Shown one piece after another: positions 9,355 through 19,106 of a stretch of DNA of 49,108 bases. Within the stretch, counting starts at the first letter, position 1, and every line of letters starts with the position of its first letter. Location: sequence record SRR31156797_5862; one strand, written 5' to 3'. The position numbers were made by a program, and so were the translations under genes. The notes under the pieces were generated by a model that saw only the letters and a program-made list of their open reading frames with translations, had not been told where the DNA came from and did not search any database.

Positions 9355-9927
9355 TTAATTACGAAACTTTAGTGTGGAATTCTCCATGCTGTCTATAATA
9401 GCCAGACTTTGAATATTGTATCCAGCTTCTCGGAGCTTATCGCCGCCGCCTTGGAAGCCTTTTTCTATCACAACACCGATACCTGCAACTGTTGCACCGG
9501 ATTGTTTGCTGATGTCCAATAGTCCCCTCTGAGCTTTCCCGGTTGCCAGAATATCATCAATTATTAATATCCTGTCATCAGGTGTTAAGAAGCGTTTTTC
9601 GAGAATGACAGTATAGTCACGACCTCGAGTAAAGCTGGTTACAGTAGTTTTATAAACTTCTCCGTCAATGTTTTTGCTTTCAGACTTTTTGGCAAATACC
9701 ACTGGTACACCAAAGTGCATTGCAGTAAAGCAGGCTATTGCAATACCGCTGGCCTCTATAGTGATAATTTTTGTTATCCTCTCATCCTTGAATAAGGATT
9801 TGAATTCTTTACCGATTGCATCCAGCAGATTAATATCGATTTGATGATTGATAAAACTATCTACTTTAATAATTTGGTTGCCCTTGATTCTACCATCCCT
9901 CATGATACGTTCTTTTAAAAGCTCCAT
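9355..9927 (-). CDS. xpt: Xanthine phosphoribosyltransferase
   Basis: IKVDSFINHQID, TIEASGIA, VFAKK, PRPP loop LIIDDILATG, VIEKGFQ. Confidence 0.92.
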   Translation of the reverse strand: MELLKERIMRDGRIKGNQIIKVDSFINHQIDINLLDAIGKEFKSLFKDERITKIITIEASGIAIACFTAMHFGVPVVFAKKSESKNIDGEVYKTTVTSFTRGRDYTVILEKRFLTPDDRILIIDDILATGKAQRGLLDISKQSGATVAGIGVVIEKGFQGGGDKLREAGYNIQSLAIIDSMENSTLKFRN

Positions 9928-10125
9928 AATAAATCTCCATATATTTAATTTTATTCTATCTAGTATAACTGCATTGCAGTTATTTTGGAATAAAAAAATA
10001 TAAAAAGTTGAAATTTGTTTAATAAATTATATAGAGTGAGGTTAATAACACTAAATTTATCCTTTGTTATAATGAAATTTTATATTAGCTCATAAAAGCG
10101 GTGATTTGTATTCAACCACAGTATG

Positions 10126-11364
10126 TTATTTTTTATTTATTTGAGGTAATGATATATAGAATGTTGTACCGTCTTGTTCATTGCTTTTCACACTGATATC
10201 ACCATTGTGGGCATCTACGATTTTTTTCGCCATAGACAGCCCCAGACCATATGAATTTTTCTTTCTTTCTCTAGCCTTATCTACCCGATAGAATCTGTCA
10301 AAAATTTTATCTATATCATCCTGAGGTATTGTGCTGCCTTCGTTATGGATGCTGAGTTTTGCTTTGCCATTGGTTGATTTAAGCCTGACATTAATTTTGG
10401 AAGACTTTTTGCCATATTTACATGCATTATCAACAAGTATCAATATCAATCTCTTTATCTGGTCAATATTGCCTTTAATAAATATATCATCATCGATGTT
10501 GTTGTCTATAGATATTCCATTCTCAAATGCCACAGGTTCAAAAGGCAGTACACAGGAAAAAAGCGTATCGCTTAAGTTTAGCTTGGTTTGAATCTGTAAT
10601 TTATCTGCTTCATCAAGGCGAGCTAAGAAAAGCAGTTCATCGACAAGTTTTTTCATTCTCTTTGCTTCTTTTTCGATATAATCCAGCCATTTGCTTTTCG
10701 TTTTAGTTTCTTCAGTTTTCATAATTGAAGCATTTGCCAGTATTACCGTAATTGGAGTCTTTAACTCGTGAGATACATCACTGATAAATTGCTGCTGCTG
10801 CTTAAAAGTCTTTGCAACAGGCTTGATTGCAATCTTAGAGAGGAAATAGCTGATAACAAAGAACACAGCGAGACTTACAATACCAATCAACATATAGTTT
10901 ATAACTTGTTTATAAAAAAATGACTGCTCATAGCTGACATCAATAAATCCAATCAATTGTTCACCATCTGGTGTTTTTTGATAGCTATAGCGTAAATCAT
11001 ATTCTTTTAGCAGTCCCTGTGCCTTGTCCTTAGCAGTAGCAGCTTCTACAATTGTTGTAACATACTCATCAGAATAATAATCAGTGGGGTCGGTATTTAG
11101 CACTTCAATATCTTCGTCTGTTATGCAAACCCATAATACTTCCTGAGAGAATCCGCCTGAAGATGGGTTTTTTTTTCGCTCATCGGGATTAGCGTCTCTA
11201 TTGAAGGTATCTATATTTTTTCTGCTTTCGTTTAGATTTGAATAACTGTTAGAGGTTATTTGGTTATAAGTAGATATTGAGTTAGCTAAGAAAATGCCCA
11301 GCAGTACTATGCTGACTAAAGCCATGTTAATAATAATAAATCTAATTCTTAATTTTTTAATCAT
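10126..11364 (-). CDS. Sensor histidine kinase
   Basis: Two TM helices; H-box VSHELKTP; DNACKY, IFDRFYR, GLGLSMA. Confidence 0.93.
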   Translation of the reverse strand: MIKKLRIRFIIINMALVSIVLLGIFLANSISTYNQITSNSYSNLNESRKNIDTFNRDANPDERKKNPSSGGFSQEVLWVCITDEDIEVLNTDPTDYYSDEYVTTIVEAATAKDKAQGLLKEYDLRYSYQKTPDGEQLIGFIDVSYEQSFFYKQVINYMLIGIVSLAVFFVISYFLSKIAIKPVAKTFKQQQQFISDVSHELKTPITVILANASIMKTEETKTKSKWLDYIEKEAKRMKKLVDELLFLARLDEADKLQIQTKLNLSDTLFSCVLPFEPVAFENGISIDNNIDDDIFIKGNIDQIKRLILILVDNACKYGKKSSKINVRLKSTNGKAKLSIHNEGSTIPQDDIDKIFDRFYRVDKARERKKNSYGLGLSMAKKIVDAHNGDISVKSNEQDGTTFYISLPQINKK

Positions 11365-12046
11365 TGATTGCTACCCTATCTAGTTTATACCCAACCTGCC
11401 TGAGTGTAATAATGCTAACAGTACTATTAGCCTTCAAGAAAAACAGCTTTTTCCTTAAGAATGATATGTATGCTTCTACATTATTATCATCTGCATTGGA
11501 ATCAGCTCCCCAGATTTTATTGATAATTTTCTCTTTTGAAATGATATTTTGGTGATTTAGCATTAATAGCTGCATAATTTGAAATTCCTTATTGCTCAGT
11601 GATACTGATTTTCCGCCAAAGGATAAATTAAGAGTATTTAGATCCAGTGAAAGATCAGCGAATTCAACTACGTCCAGCATTACATCACCCTGACGTCTGG
11701 ATAATGCACGCAGTCTTGCCAATAATTCTACTGGAGCGAATGGCTTCGTCATATAGTCATCTGCACCGCTGTCCAGTCCCTCAACCCTGTCCAGAACTTC
11801 ACTTTTGGCAGTTAGCATAAGAGTAGGAGTAGCTATATTCTGCTTTCTAAGCATTTTGATAACATCATAGCCGTTCATTTTTGGTAACATTACATCCAGT
11901 ATTATTACATCGTATTCATTATTTGATGCATAGTACAGACCATCCATACCGTCGTGTACTACATCTGCTATATAATTTTCTTTTTCTACAATTTGCTTCA
12001 AAGCCTCTGCTAGGTGCAAATCGTCCTCTACTATTAATAAATTCAC
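11357..12046 (-). CDS. OmpR-family response regulator
   Basis: LIVEDD, LDVMLP, GADDYMTKPF; winged-helix VEAYISFLRKKL. Confidence 0.94.
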   Translation of the reverse strand: MNLLIVEDDLHLAEALKQIVEKENYIADVVHDGMDGLYYASNNEYDVIILDVMLPKMNGYDVIKMLRKQNIATPTLMLTAKSEVLDRVEGLDSGADDYMTKPFAPVELLARLRALSRRQGDVMLDVVEFADLSLDLNTLNLSFGGKSVSLSNKEFQIMQLLMLNHQNIISKEKIINKIWGADSNADDNNVEAYISFLRKKLFFLKANSTVSIITLRQVGYKLDRVAIND

Positions 12047-12075
12047 TTTTATTCTCTCCTAATTTAATTAGCTGC

Positions 12076-12146
12076 ATTATACATATACTACCTGAAACCT
12101 GACTGAAAACTGCTTTCAGATGCAATTAAGCTAATTCCATTATGAT
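12076..12146. promoter_or_regulatory. Back-to-back promoters with 11-bp-period direct repeats (putative response regulator sites)
   Basis: Minus strand TTCAG-N6-TTCAG-N10-TATAAT (12107 to 12076); plus strand TTCAG-N6-TTAAG-N10-TATGAT (12115-12146). Confidence 0.7.
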
Positions 12147-12200
12147 ACATATTCTAGAAAAACACAAATGTGTATTTGCAAATAAAGGGAGGTTAAAAAA

Positions 12201-13151
12201 GTGAGAAGTGAAAAAAACACACCGCTTCCATTGGTAGTTTCTCTGGATATAGTGTTTGTTGGAATTGGACTTATTATATTCGCTTTATTTCACCACGTTA
12301 TACCTCAAGCAGTAACTGATGAAGCTCTTATTATAGATGATACTATATCGACTATTGAGCAGTCATCTGAAATATATGAATCATCTGATGAGTCGCAGGA
12401 AAGCCAGAATGATTTCGATGATATGTTTACAGATGGTGAAATTATTCAGACTGAAAACAGCTATATAAGTGATGAAATTAATATAACCATAGAACAGGTG
12501 CAGGAAAATGGAGTTACATATTATTTGGCTGATATTTATATTCGTGATTATACCAGCCTTTTGTCAGCTTTTGCACAGGGGACATACGGCAAAGCATTCG
12601 TAGACTCCACACTAGATATGGCTGAGGAAAATGAAGCTATATTAGCAATATCTGGTGATTACTACGGGAATGGTGAAGATGGTCTGGTGATTCGAAATGG
12701 TGTACTATATAGAGATGATATAACAAGTGATGTGCTGGTGATGTACAACGATGGCAGTATGGCTACATATTCAGAAGATGAATTTGATATAGATCAAGCA
12801 ATAGAAGATGGAGCATATCAGGGATGGTCTTTTGGTCCAGAACTATTGGATGATGGCGAAATCATAACATCTTTTGACAGCAGCAGACGCATGATATCAG
12901 AAAATCCAAGATGTGGAATCGGATACTATGAACCGGGGCATTATGTATTTGTAGTGGTTGACGGCAGAAAAGAAGGATATTCCGATGGTATGACGTTATC
13001 TGAATTCTCTGAGCTTTTTTATGACCTTGGATGCAGTGTAGCGTACAATATGGACGGCGGTAAGTCTGCAGTAATGGTATTTATGGACGAGGTTGTAAAT
13101 CAGCCTGACAGAGGCGGGCGTGAAATAAGCGACATTGTGTATATTAAGTAA
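12201..13151 (+). CDS. Membrane-anchored phosphodiester glycosidase family protein (NAGPA/DUF2233-like)
   Basis: N-terminal TM; AISGDYY, GWSFGP, NPRCGIG, VVVDGR, AYNMDGGKS motifs; GTG start after GGGAGG. Confidence 0.85.
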   Translation: MRSEKNTPLPLVVSLDIVFVGIGLIIFALFHHVIPQAVTDEALIIDDTISTIEQSSEIYESSDESQESQNDFDDMFTDGEIIQTENSYISDEINITIEQVQENGVTYYLADIYIRDYTSLLSAFAQGTYGKAFVDSTLDMAEENEAILAISGDYYGNGEDGLVIRNGVLYRDDITSDVLVMYNDGSMATYSEDEFDIDQAIEDGAYQGWSFGPELLDDGEIITSFDSSRRMISENPRCGIGYYEPGHYVFVVVDGRKEGYSDGMTLSEFSELFYDLGCSVAYNMDGGKSAVMVFMDEVVNQPDRGGREISDIVYIK

Positions 13152-13164
13152 AGGAGATGTTAGA

Positions 13165-13359
13165 ATGATGAAGAAAATAATACCACATATATCCATAATT
13201 TCTTCTGCTATGATGCTTGTTCTTTTTGTATTTAATAGAGTGAATGAGGAAATGGGTTTCTTAAGAGGTGATGAATTTGAAATTTTATTACTTGTATGTC
13301 TACTGTTTTCAATATTAACATCTATAATATTAATTACAAAAAACAGGAAAGAAAGCTGA
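13165..13359 (+). CDS. Small two-TM membrane protein
   Basis: AAGGAG RBS; 64 aa with two hydrophobic stretches joined by NEEMGFL. Confidence 0.6.
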   Translation: MMKKIIPHISIISSAMMLVLFVFNRVNEEMGFLRGDEFEILLLVCLLFSILTSIILITKNRKES

Positions 13360-13410
13360 ATTGAACCTGAAAAATCATTTCAGATGAGATTAAGGTATAT
13401 CACCTATACT
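13356..13410 (+). promoter_or_regulatory. Second copy of the operator-promoter element
   Basis: CTGAA-N6-CTGAAAA-N4-TTTCAGATG-N2-ATTAAG-N10-TATACT, same spacing as 12092-12146. Confidence 0.7.
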
Positions 13411-13439
13411 ATGGTCAGAGATTGAAAGGAGCACTCAAT

Positions 13440-14141
13440 ATGAGTAAACTAAATAATACATTTAAAAGATATGAAAAGAAATATATGCTGAACAAAAATC
13501 AGTATGAAATGATAAAGAAAGAGCTTCAGGGATTTACACGAGCTGATGAATTTGGCTCATATACAGTTAGTAATTTATACTTTGATACTGATTCATATGA
13601 GATAATAAGACGCTCTATTGAAAAGCCAGTATATAAAGAGAAACTGCGAGTACGTAGCTATGGAATGGTAAATGAGGATGATATAATATTCTTAGAGCTA
13701 AAGAAAAAGTATAAGCGTGAAGTCTTTAAAAGGAGGATAAACCTGACTGTTAAGGAATTTGAAGATTATATCTACAGAGGTATTAAGCCAAATAAAAGCG
13801 AGCAGATACTATCAGAAATTGATTATTACATCAATATGTATAATCCATATCCTCGTATCTTTATAGCTTGTGAAAGAGAAGCACTAAAGGGCATTGAGGA
13901 TGAAGCTTTGAGAATTACCTTTGATAAGGATATTAGATTCAGAGAAAATGATTTGTCTTTGACTGATAATACCTTTGGTAAAAGAATTATAAAAAAAGAT
14001 CAGTATTTAATGGAAATAAAAGCTGAAGGTGCAATGCCAGTATGGCTTAGCAGGATAATAAATTCAATGAATATTTATCCACAGTCATTTTCAAAATACG
14101 GATACTGTTACAAGACGTTCCTAAATGGAGCAATAGCATAA
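13440..14141 (+). CDS. VTC (polyphosphate polymerase) domain protein, CYTH/TTM superfamily
   Basis: RYEKKY, NLYFD, KEKLRVRSY, LELKKK, KRR, LRITFD, MEIK, FSKY; ATG 13440 after AAGGAG. Confidence 0.88.
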   Translation: MSKLNNTFKRYEKKYMLNKNQYEMIKKELQGFTRADEFGSYTVSNLYFDTDSYEIIRRSIEKPVYKEKLRVRSYGMVNEDDIIFLELKKKYKREVFKRRINLTVKEFEDYIYRGIKPNKSEQILSEIDYYINMYNPYPRIFIACEREALKGIEDEALRITFDKDIRFRENDLSLTDNTFGKRIIKKDQYLMEIKAEGAMPVWLSRIINSMNIYPQSFSKYGYCYKTFLNGAIA

Positions 14142-14166
14142 GAAATTTAAATGAGGAGATAAAATA

Positions 14167-14817
14167 ATGTTTGAAAATTTTGATTTAGCAACAATGGGAA
14201 TAGGGCTTGTAAGCTCAGTAGTATTAGGACTGATAATAGCATTATGCTATATGTATAAAAATACTTATAACAAATCGTTTGTAATTACTCTAGTACTATT
14301 GCCATCAATAGTTATGGCTGTTATAAGCTTAGTAAATGGTAACCTTGGAACGGGTATTGCGGTAATGGGTGCATTCAGCTTGGTAAGATTCAGGTCAATT
14401 CCCGGTACTGCAAAGGAAATCGGATATATTTTCTTTGCAATGGCTGTAGGTCTTGCTACTGGAATGAACTACATCGCATATGCTTTTATATTTACTGTTT
14501 TCGTAGGATTAGCATCTGTGGTATTGTATAAGGTGAAATTTGGTGAACCAAAATTGACACATAAAGAATTGAAAATCACAATACCAGAGAATTTGGACTA
14601 TACAGGTTTATTTGATGATTTGTTCGATGAGTATACTACAGGTTACTCTCTGGTAAAAGTAAAGACGACTAATTTAGGCAGTTTATATCAATTATTCTAT
14701 GAGATTACTCTGGAAGACCAAACAAAAGAAAAGGAGTTTATAGACAAAATTCGCTGTAGAAATGGCAACTTGGATATTATTTGTGGACGAGTAGCCTCAA
14801 CTGGCGAAGTTCTATAG
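14167..14817 (+). CDS. DUF4956 family membrane protein
   Basis: TM region with GAFSLVRFRS and C-terminal soluble domain (ITIPENLDY...VKTTNLGSLY...IRCRNGNL); directly follows the VTC gene. Confidence 0.85.
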   Translation: MFENFDLATMGIGLVSSVVLGLIIALCYMYKNTYNKSFVITLVLLPSIVMAVISLVNGNLGTGIAVMGAFSLVRFRSIPGTAKEIGYIFFAMAVGLATGMNYIAYAFIFTVFVGLASVVLYKVKFGEPKLTHKELKITIPENLDYTGLFDDLFDEYTTGYSLVKVKTTNLGSLYQLFYEITLEDQTKEKEFIDKIRCRNGNLDIICGRVASTGEVL

Positions 14818-14825
14818 GAGAAAAC

Positions 14826-16541
14826 ATGAAAAAACTAATATTATTAATTTCAGTTGTTTTTCTGATATTATCCATTTTTTCAGGATGTACAGATAATGCT
14901 GAAGAAAACATAAATCAAAACAATAATACAACATCTGCTGATGCGTCAGATAATAGTTCTGATGGAGTTGAAATATCCGAAATCAGTGTAGAGTATTCTG
15001 AATTTGAAACTGACAGCAGCTATGATCAAAGCGATGCAACCATTGTTAACCTAGATGATGAAGAAACGAGTATCGAAGGAAGCGGTGCAGCATTCAAAGA
15101 CAATGTTGTAAATATACTAAATGCAGGTACTTATATTTTGAGTGGTACTTTGAATGGGCAGGTAGTTGTAAATGCTACCAATGTAGATGAAATACAGATA
15201 GTACTGGATAATGCCAATATTACTAATAACCAAGGTACTGCAATATACATAAGACAGGCTGAAATCGTAACATTAACATTGGCAGAGGGCAGCACTAATA
15301 CAATTACGGATGGCAGTACTTACAGCGATACTAGTGATGATGCACCAGATTCTGCAATCTTTTCTGATGATGATTTGACTATTAACGGTACTGGTACTTT
15401 GATAATTGAAGGAAATCATAAACATGGTATTAAATGTGCAGATGACCTAACCATTATAAATGGTAACATAAGTGTAAATGCAGTGAACGATGGTATCAGA
15501 GGCAAGGATTCTGTTGCAATATTAGATGGTAATATTACAGTAACAGCTGGAGGCGACGGTATAACTGCTACCAATTCAGATGATACCGATAAAGGTTGGA
15601 TATCAGTTGACGGCGGAGTCTTTGACATAATAGCCGAGAATAACGGCTTCCAAGCTGAGTCAGCACTGATAATAAATGCAGGCGAAATAAATGTAGAAGC
15701 AAATCAGGATACATATCACTGTAACAACGATATTGTGATTAACGGCGGTACATCAAATCTGGAGGCAGGAGATGACGGAATGCATGCAGATGGTGACCTG
15801 CAGATTGTAGACGGCGATATTACAGTAGACAGTAATTACGAAGGCATAGAGGGCGCAAATGTATATGTTGCTGGCGGTACTATCTGGATAGAAGCTCTGG
15901 ATGATGGTATTAATGCAGCCGGCGGCAGTGACTCGGATATGCCTGAAGGTGATAGATTTAAGTCTCAATCAGGTGATAACGTAATTAACATCAGCGGTGG
16001 TGATATATATATATCCTGCATAGGCAATGAAGGTGACGGATTGGATTCAAATGGTGATATTTATATCAGCGGCGGTACAGTATTGATTGACGGTGCTGTG
16101 TCACAGATGGATTCGGCTATTGATATTAACAACGGTACTTTTGAATACTCCGGCGGTACATTGGCATCAGTAGGCGGCAGCTCAATGCTGGTAATTCCAT
16201 CAACTGTATCCCAGCCTGTAATAACCGTGATATTTGGCAGCAATCAGCAGGCAGGTAAAACCATAGAGTTGCTAGATAGTAATGGAAACGTAGTGGTGTC
16301 ATTTACACCAGATAAGACTTATTCAGTGGCAATGCTAAGCAGTCCATACCTGACTGTAGGCGAAACATATACAGTAACTATGGGTGGAAGCGAATTGTTT
16401 ACAATATCTCTGGATACAACATCGGTAACTGTAGATGGTAATGGTAATACAACTAATTATACTGGTACTGGCGGTCATGGAGGACAAAATTCAGGCGGAA
16501 TGCACGATGGTGGCGGTAAGCCCGGTAGAGGCGGACAATAA
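14826..16541 (+). CDS. Cthe_2159 (DUF4353)-type beta-helix carbohydrate-binding lipoprotein
   Basis: Lipobox IFSGC; AGTYILSG, AIFSDDDLTINGTG, repeated DGI/DG/INGG coils, DGLDSNG; Gly-rich tail. Confidence 0.85.
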   Translation: MKKLILLISVVFLILSIFSGCTDNAEENINQNNNTTSADASDNSSDGVEISEISVEYSEFETDSSYDQSDATIVNLDDEETSIEGSGAAFKDNVVNILNAGTYILSGTLNGQVVVNATNVDEIQIVLDNANITNNQGTAIYIRQAEIVTLTLAEGSTNTITDGSTYSDTSDDAPDSAIFSDDDLTINGTGTLIIEGNHKHGIKCADDLTIINGNISVNAVNDGIRGKDSVAILDGNITVTAGGDGITATNSDDTDKGWISVDGGVFDIIAENNGFQAESALIINAGEINVEANQDTYHCNNDIVINGGTSNLEAGDDGMHADGDLQIVDGDITVDSNYEGIEGANVYVAGGTIWIEALDDGINAAGGSDSDMPEGDRFKSQSGDNVINISGGDIYISCIGNEGDGLDSNGDIYISGGTVLIDGAVSQMDSAIDINNGTFEYSGGTLASVGGSSMLVIPSTVSQPVITVIFGSNQQAGKTIELLDSNGNVVVSFTPDKTYSVAMLSSPYLTVGETYTVTMGGSELFTISLDTTSVTVDGNGNTTNYTGTGGHGGQNSGGMHDGGGKPGRGGQ

Positions 16542-16635
16542 TATCTAGATACATTTAGTATCTAATTAGATAGAAAAGTTTAATACATAATGTATTAAAA
16601 ATAATATAAGGAGACTATAATAGAATAATTAGAAC

Positions 16636-16670
16636 ACAGACAGCAGCAATCACGCTGCTGTCTGTATTAT
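16636..16670 (+). terminator. Intrinsic terminator
   Basis: ACAGACAGCAGC-6nt-GCTGCTGTCTGT. Confidence 0.75.
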
Positions 16671-16879
16671 GTATCAGCAAAACATTGTATTTGAATAACC
16701 TTCACAGCATAAATGGAAGCATTAGTATAAAACAAGTATGATTAGATTGTATCCCTATGAATATCAATTTACTACAAAAGATAAACGTCCATTTTTTGAT
16801 GGGAGGTTAACATGTTGATACAGCTTCTATATAGATATTATCAGCATTGTAAGTGATATTATATTAACAAGAGAGTATT

Positions 16880-16910
16880 TCACCGGAATATCACAAATCA
16901 CAACTAAAAT
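16880..16910 (+). promoter_or_regulatory. Putative response regulator direct repeat plus -10 box
   Basis: TCACC-N6-TCACA-N9-TAAAAT; same geometry recurs at 19046-19076. Confidence 0.5.
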
Positions 16911-16939
16911 GTATGATATAATCTTTTTGGAGGCTTAAT

Positions 16940-17614
16940 ATGGCAAAAATTATGTATGTGGATGATGACGTATCATATTTGAATCTGGTAAAAAAGTTCC
17001 TAGTACACCAAGGATTCCAAGTAGTGACCCTTAGTGATTCTACCCAAACTATTGATTTATTAAAGGAGCATAATGATATTGACTTGGTTTTACTGGATGC
17101 TATGATGCCTGATGTTGACGGCTTCCAGCTTTGCAGAGAGATAAAGAAAGAATTTGATATACCTATACTAATGTTGACAGCTCTAGGAGATGCGGAGCAC
17201 GAAGCCTATGGCATAGATAATGGGGCAGATGAGTATATAGCAAAGCCTTTTAAGCATGAAGTCTTTATTGCTAGAATAAATTCCCTCTTGAGAAGGACAA
17301 AGAACCAAGATAAAAGGATGCTGCTGGATGAAGGCGTAATTCTAGATGAGTTACTTGGTAAAGTTACCATAGATGATTTTGAAGCAATCATTACAAAAAA
17401 GGAAATCCAATTACTCAAATACCTTATTCAAAACAAGGAGCAGATACTGCCTAGAGAAACTCTGCTTAATCATATATGGGGGTGGGATTATTTCGGTGAT
17501 CCCAGAACTATTGATACACATATCAAATCTCTCCGTGGGAAGTTAGGTGAATTCGGGAAAAATATTGTGACTGTCAGGGGAGTAGGATACAGCTACAGGA
17601 GGAATGACATATGA
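16940..17614 (+). CDS. OmpR-family response regulator
   Basis: YVDDD, LDAMMP, GADEYIAKPF, RTIDTHIKSLR, TVRGVGY. Confidence 0.94.
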   Translation: MAKIMYVDDDVSYLNLVKKFLVHQGFQVVTLSDSTQTIDLLKEHNDIDLVLLDAMMPDVDGFQLCREIKKEFDIPILMLTALGDAEHEAYGIDNGADEYIAKPFKHEVFIARINSLLRRTKNQDKRMLLDEGVILDELLGKVTIDDFEAIITKKEIQLLKYLIQNKEQILPRETLLNHIWGWDYFGDPRTIDTHIKSLRGKLGEFGKNIVTVRGVGYSYRRNDI

Positions 17615-19038
17615 AATCTATTATGGCAAAACTCAGCCTTGTTATTGTAGCTATTCTTTTTATTTTTGCTTGTGCACTTTTGGCGGCAAATACATTCTTT
17701 CTGGATAATTATTATGTGTATAAAACGAAAAACTCATTTGTAGATACTAGTGAAAAAATTCAGCAGGAATTCAGGAATGATAAGGAAAACATTCTGCAGG
17801 TAATACGGGACATGCATACAGAAACAGGCTATAAAATTCAAATCGTTGATGAAGATTATTATATTGGGTACTCGTCTGTACCGGAGTTTGATGAGAATGT
17901 CAGCACGATGATAGGCTATGATATTGAACAGATTATTGAGAGTGAAATAACTAACGATAAGGATAAATTTTATTACGGAGTATACCAAAATGCCAACGAT
18001 TCATTTGTACTAATGATTGACAAGCTAAATCAAGAGGATTTTATAGTTATTACGCAACCGTTGGAGCAAATAACAAAAAATGCAGAAGTGGCAAATGACT
18101 TCTTATTAATAATCGGCATTGTAATGCTGATTGTTGCTTCCTTAATATCTTTAATTTTTGCCAATCGATTGATTAAGCCTATCCTTGAAATTAAAGATAT
18201 TGCAGATTCTATAGCAAAGCTTGATTTCTCTCAAAAATATAATGGACAGAATAAGGATGAAATTGGAGACTTAGGCAGCAGTATAAATAATATTTCTCAA
18301 AGGCTAAATGATGCGATAGATGAACTAAAACATGACAATGAGCAGTTAATAATAGAGATGAAACTGCAAAAGAGATTTATTGCTAGTATTTCTCATGAAT
18401 TTAATACTCCTGTTGGACTAATCAGGGGATATGCTGAAGCTCTGGAAATGGGGATGTATAGCGATGAGCAGGAGAAAACAGACATTATAAATATTATTAT
18501 CAATGAAGCGGATAGGCTCAATCATCTAGTTAATGATATTATTTTAATTATTAAGTTAGACTCAAAAGCTTTTAGTCTAAAGAGGCAAAGTATAGATATC
18601 ATCAAGTTGCTTCATAATAGTGTTGGTAAGATAGAGATAAAAGCAAAGGATAAGAATATTAAACTGACATTGGATAGTAATGAAAGTATATTTGTTAATG
18701 CAGATCCAATCAGAATCACACAGGTAGCTGATAATCTTCTCTCCAATGCTATTATTCATACTCCCCTAAATGGTGAAATATCTGTTTCCCATAGATTGAA
18801 TAAAGATAGTATAAAAATATCTGTAGTAAATACAGGGCCGATTATCTCGGAGGAGGATATGGAGCATTTATTTGATGCTTTTTATCGTGCACAGGATGCC
18901 CGCAGCAGGGAAAAGGGAGGAAGCGGCTTGGGGTTATCCATAGTAGCAGGAATAATATCTGCTCACAAGGGAAGATATGGTGTTGATAATACAGATGACG
19001 GGGTAGACTTTTGGTTTATGCTCCCTAAAAACAAATAG
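17611..19038 (+). CDS. HAMP-domain sensor histidine kinase
   Basis: Two TMs, HAMP DEIGDL, H-box ISHEFNTP, NLLSNA, FYR, GSGLGLSIV; ATGA overlap with the regulator. Confidence 0.93.
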   Translation: MKSIMAKLSLVIVAILFIFACALLAANTFFLDNYYVYKTKNSFVDTSEKIQQEFRNDKENILQVIRDMHTETGYKIQIVDEDYYIGYSSVPEFDENVSTMIGYDIEQIIESEITNDKDKFYYGVYQNANDSFVLMIDKLNQEDFIVITQPLEQITKNAEVANDFLLIIGIVMLIVASLISLIFANRLIKPILEIKDIADSIAKLDFSQKYNGQNKDEIGDLGSSINNISQRLNDAIDELKHDNEQLIIEMKLQKRFIASISHEFNTPVGLIRGYAEALEMGMYSDEQEKTDIINIIINEADRLNHLVNDIILIIKLDSKAFSLKRQSIDIIKLLHNSVGKIEIKAKDKNIKLTLDSNESIFVNADPIRITQVADNLLSNAIIHTPLNGEISVSHRLNKDSIKISVVNTGPIISEEDMEHLFDAFYRAQDARSREKGGSGLGLSIVAGIISAHKGRYGVDNTDDGVDFWFMLPKNK

Positions 19039-19045
19039 CATTATT

Positions 19046-19076
19046 TCACAATTTTCTCACATTGAACGCTTATGAT
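19046..19076 (+). promoter_or_regulatory. Putative response regulator direct repeat plus -10 box
   Basis: TCACA-N6-TCACA-N9-TATGAT upstream of the GGAGG RBS. Confidence 0.55.
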
Positions 19077-19106
19077 TATCCTATACAAAATATGGAGGAT
19101 AAATCA

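Noticed and set aside
9928-10125. Guanine riboswitch upstream of xpt
   Set aside because: Conserved purine-riboswitch core elements not found on the minus strand
16738-16857. Tiny ORFs (MIRLYPYEY..., MLIQLLYRYYQHCK after GGGAGG) upstream of the second response regulator
   Set aside because: No recognisable homology; cannot be told from chance
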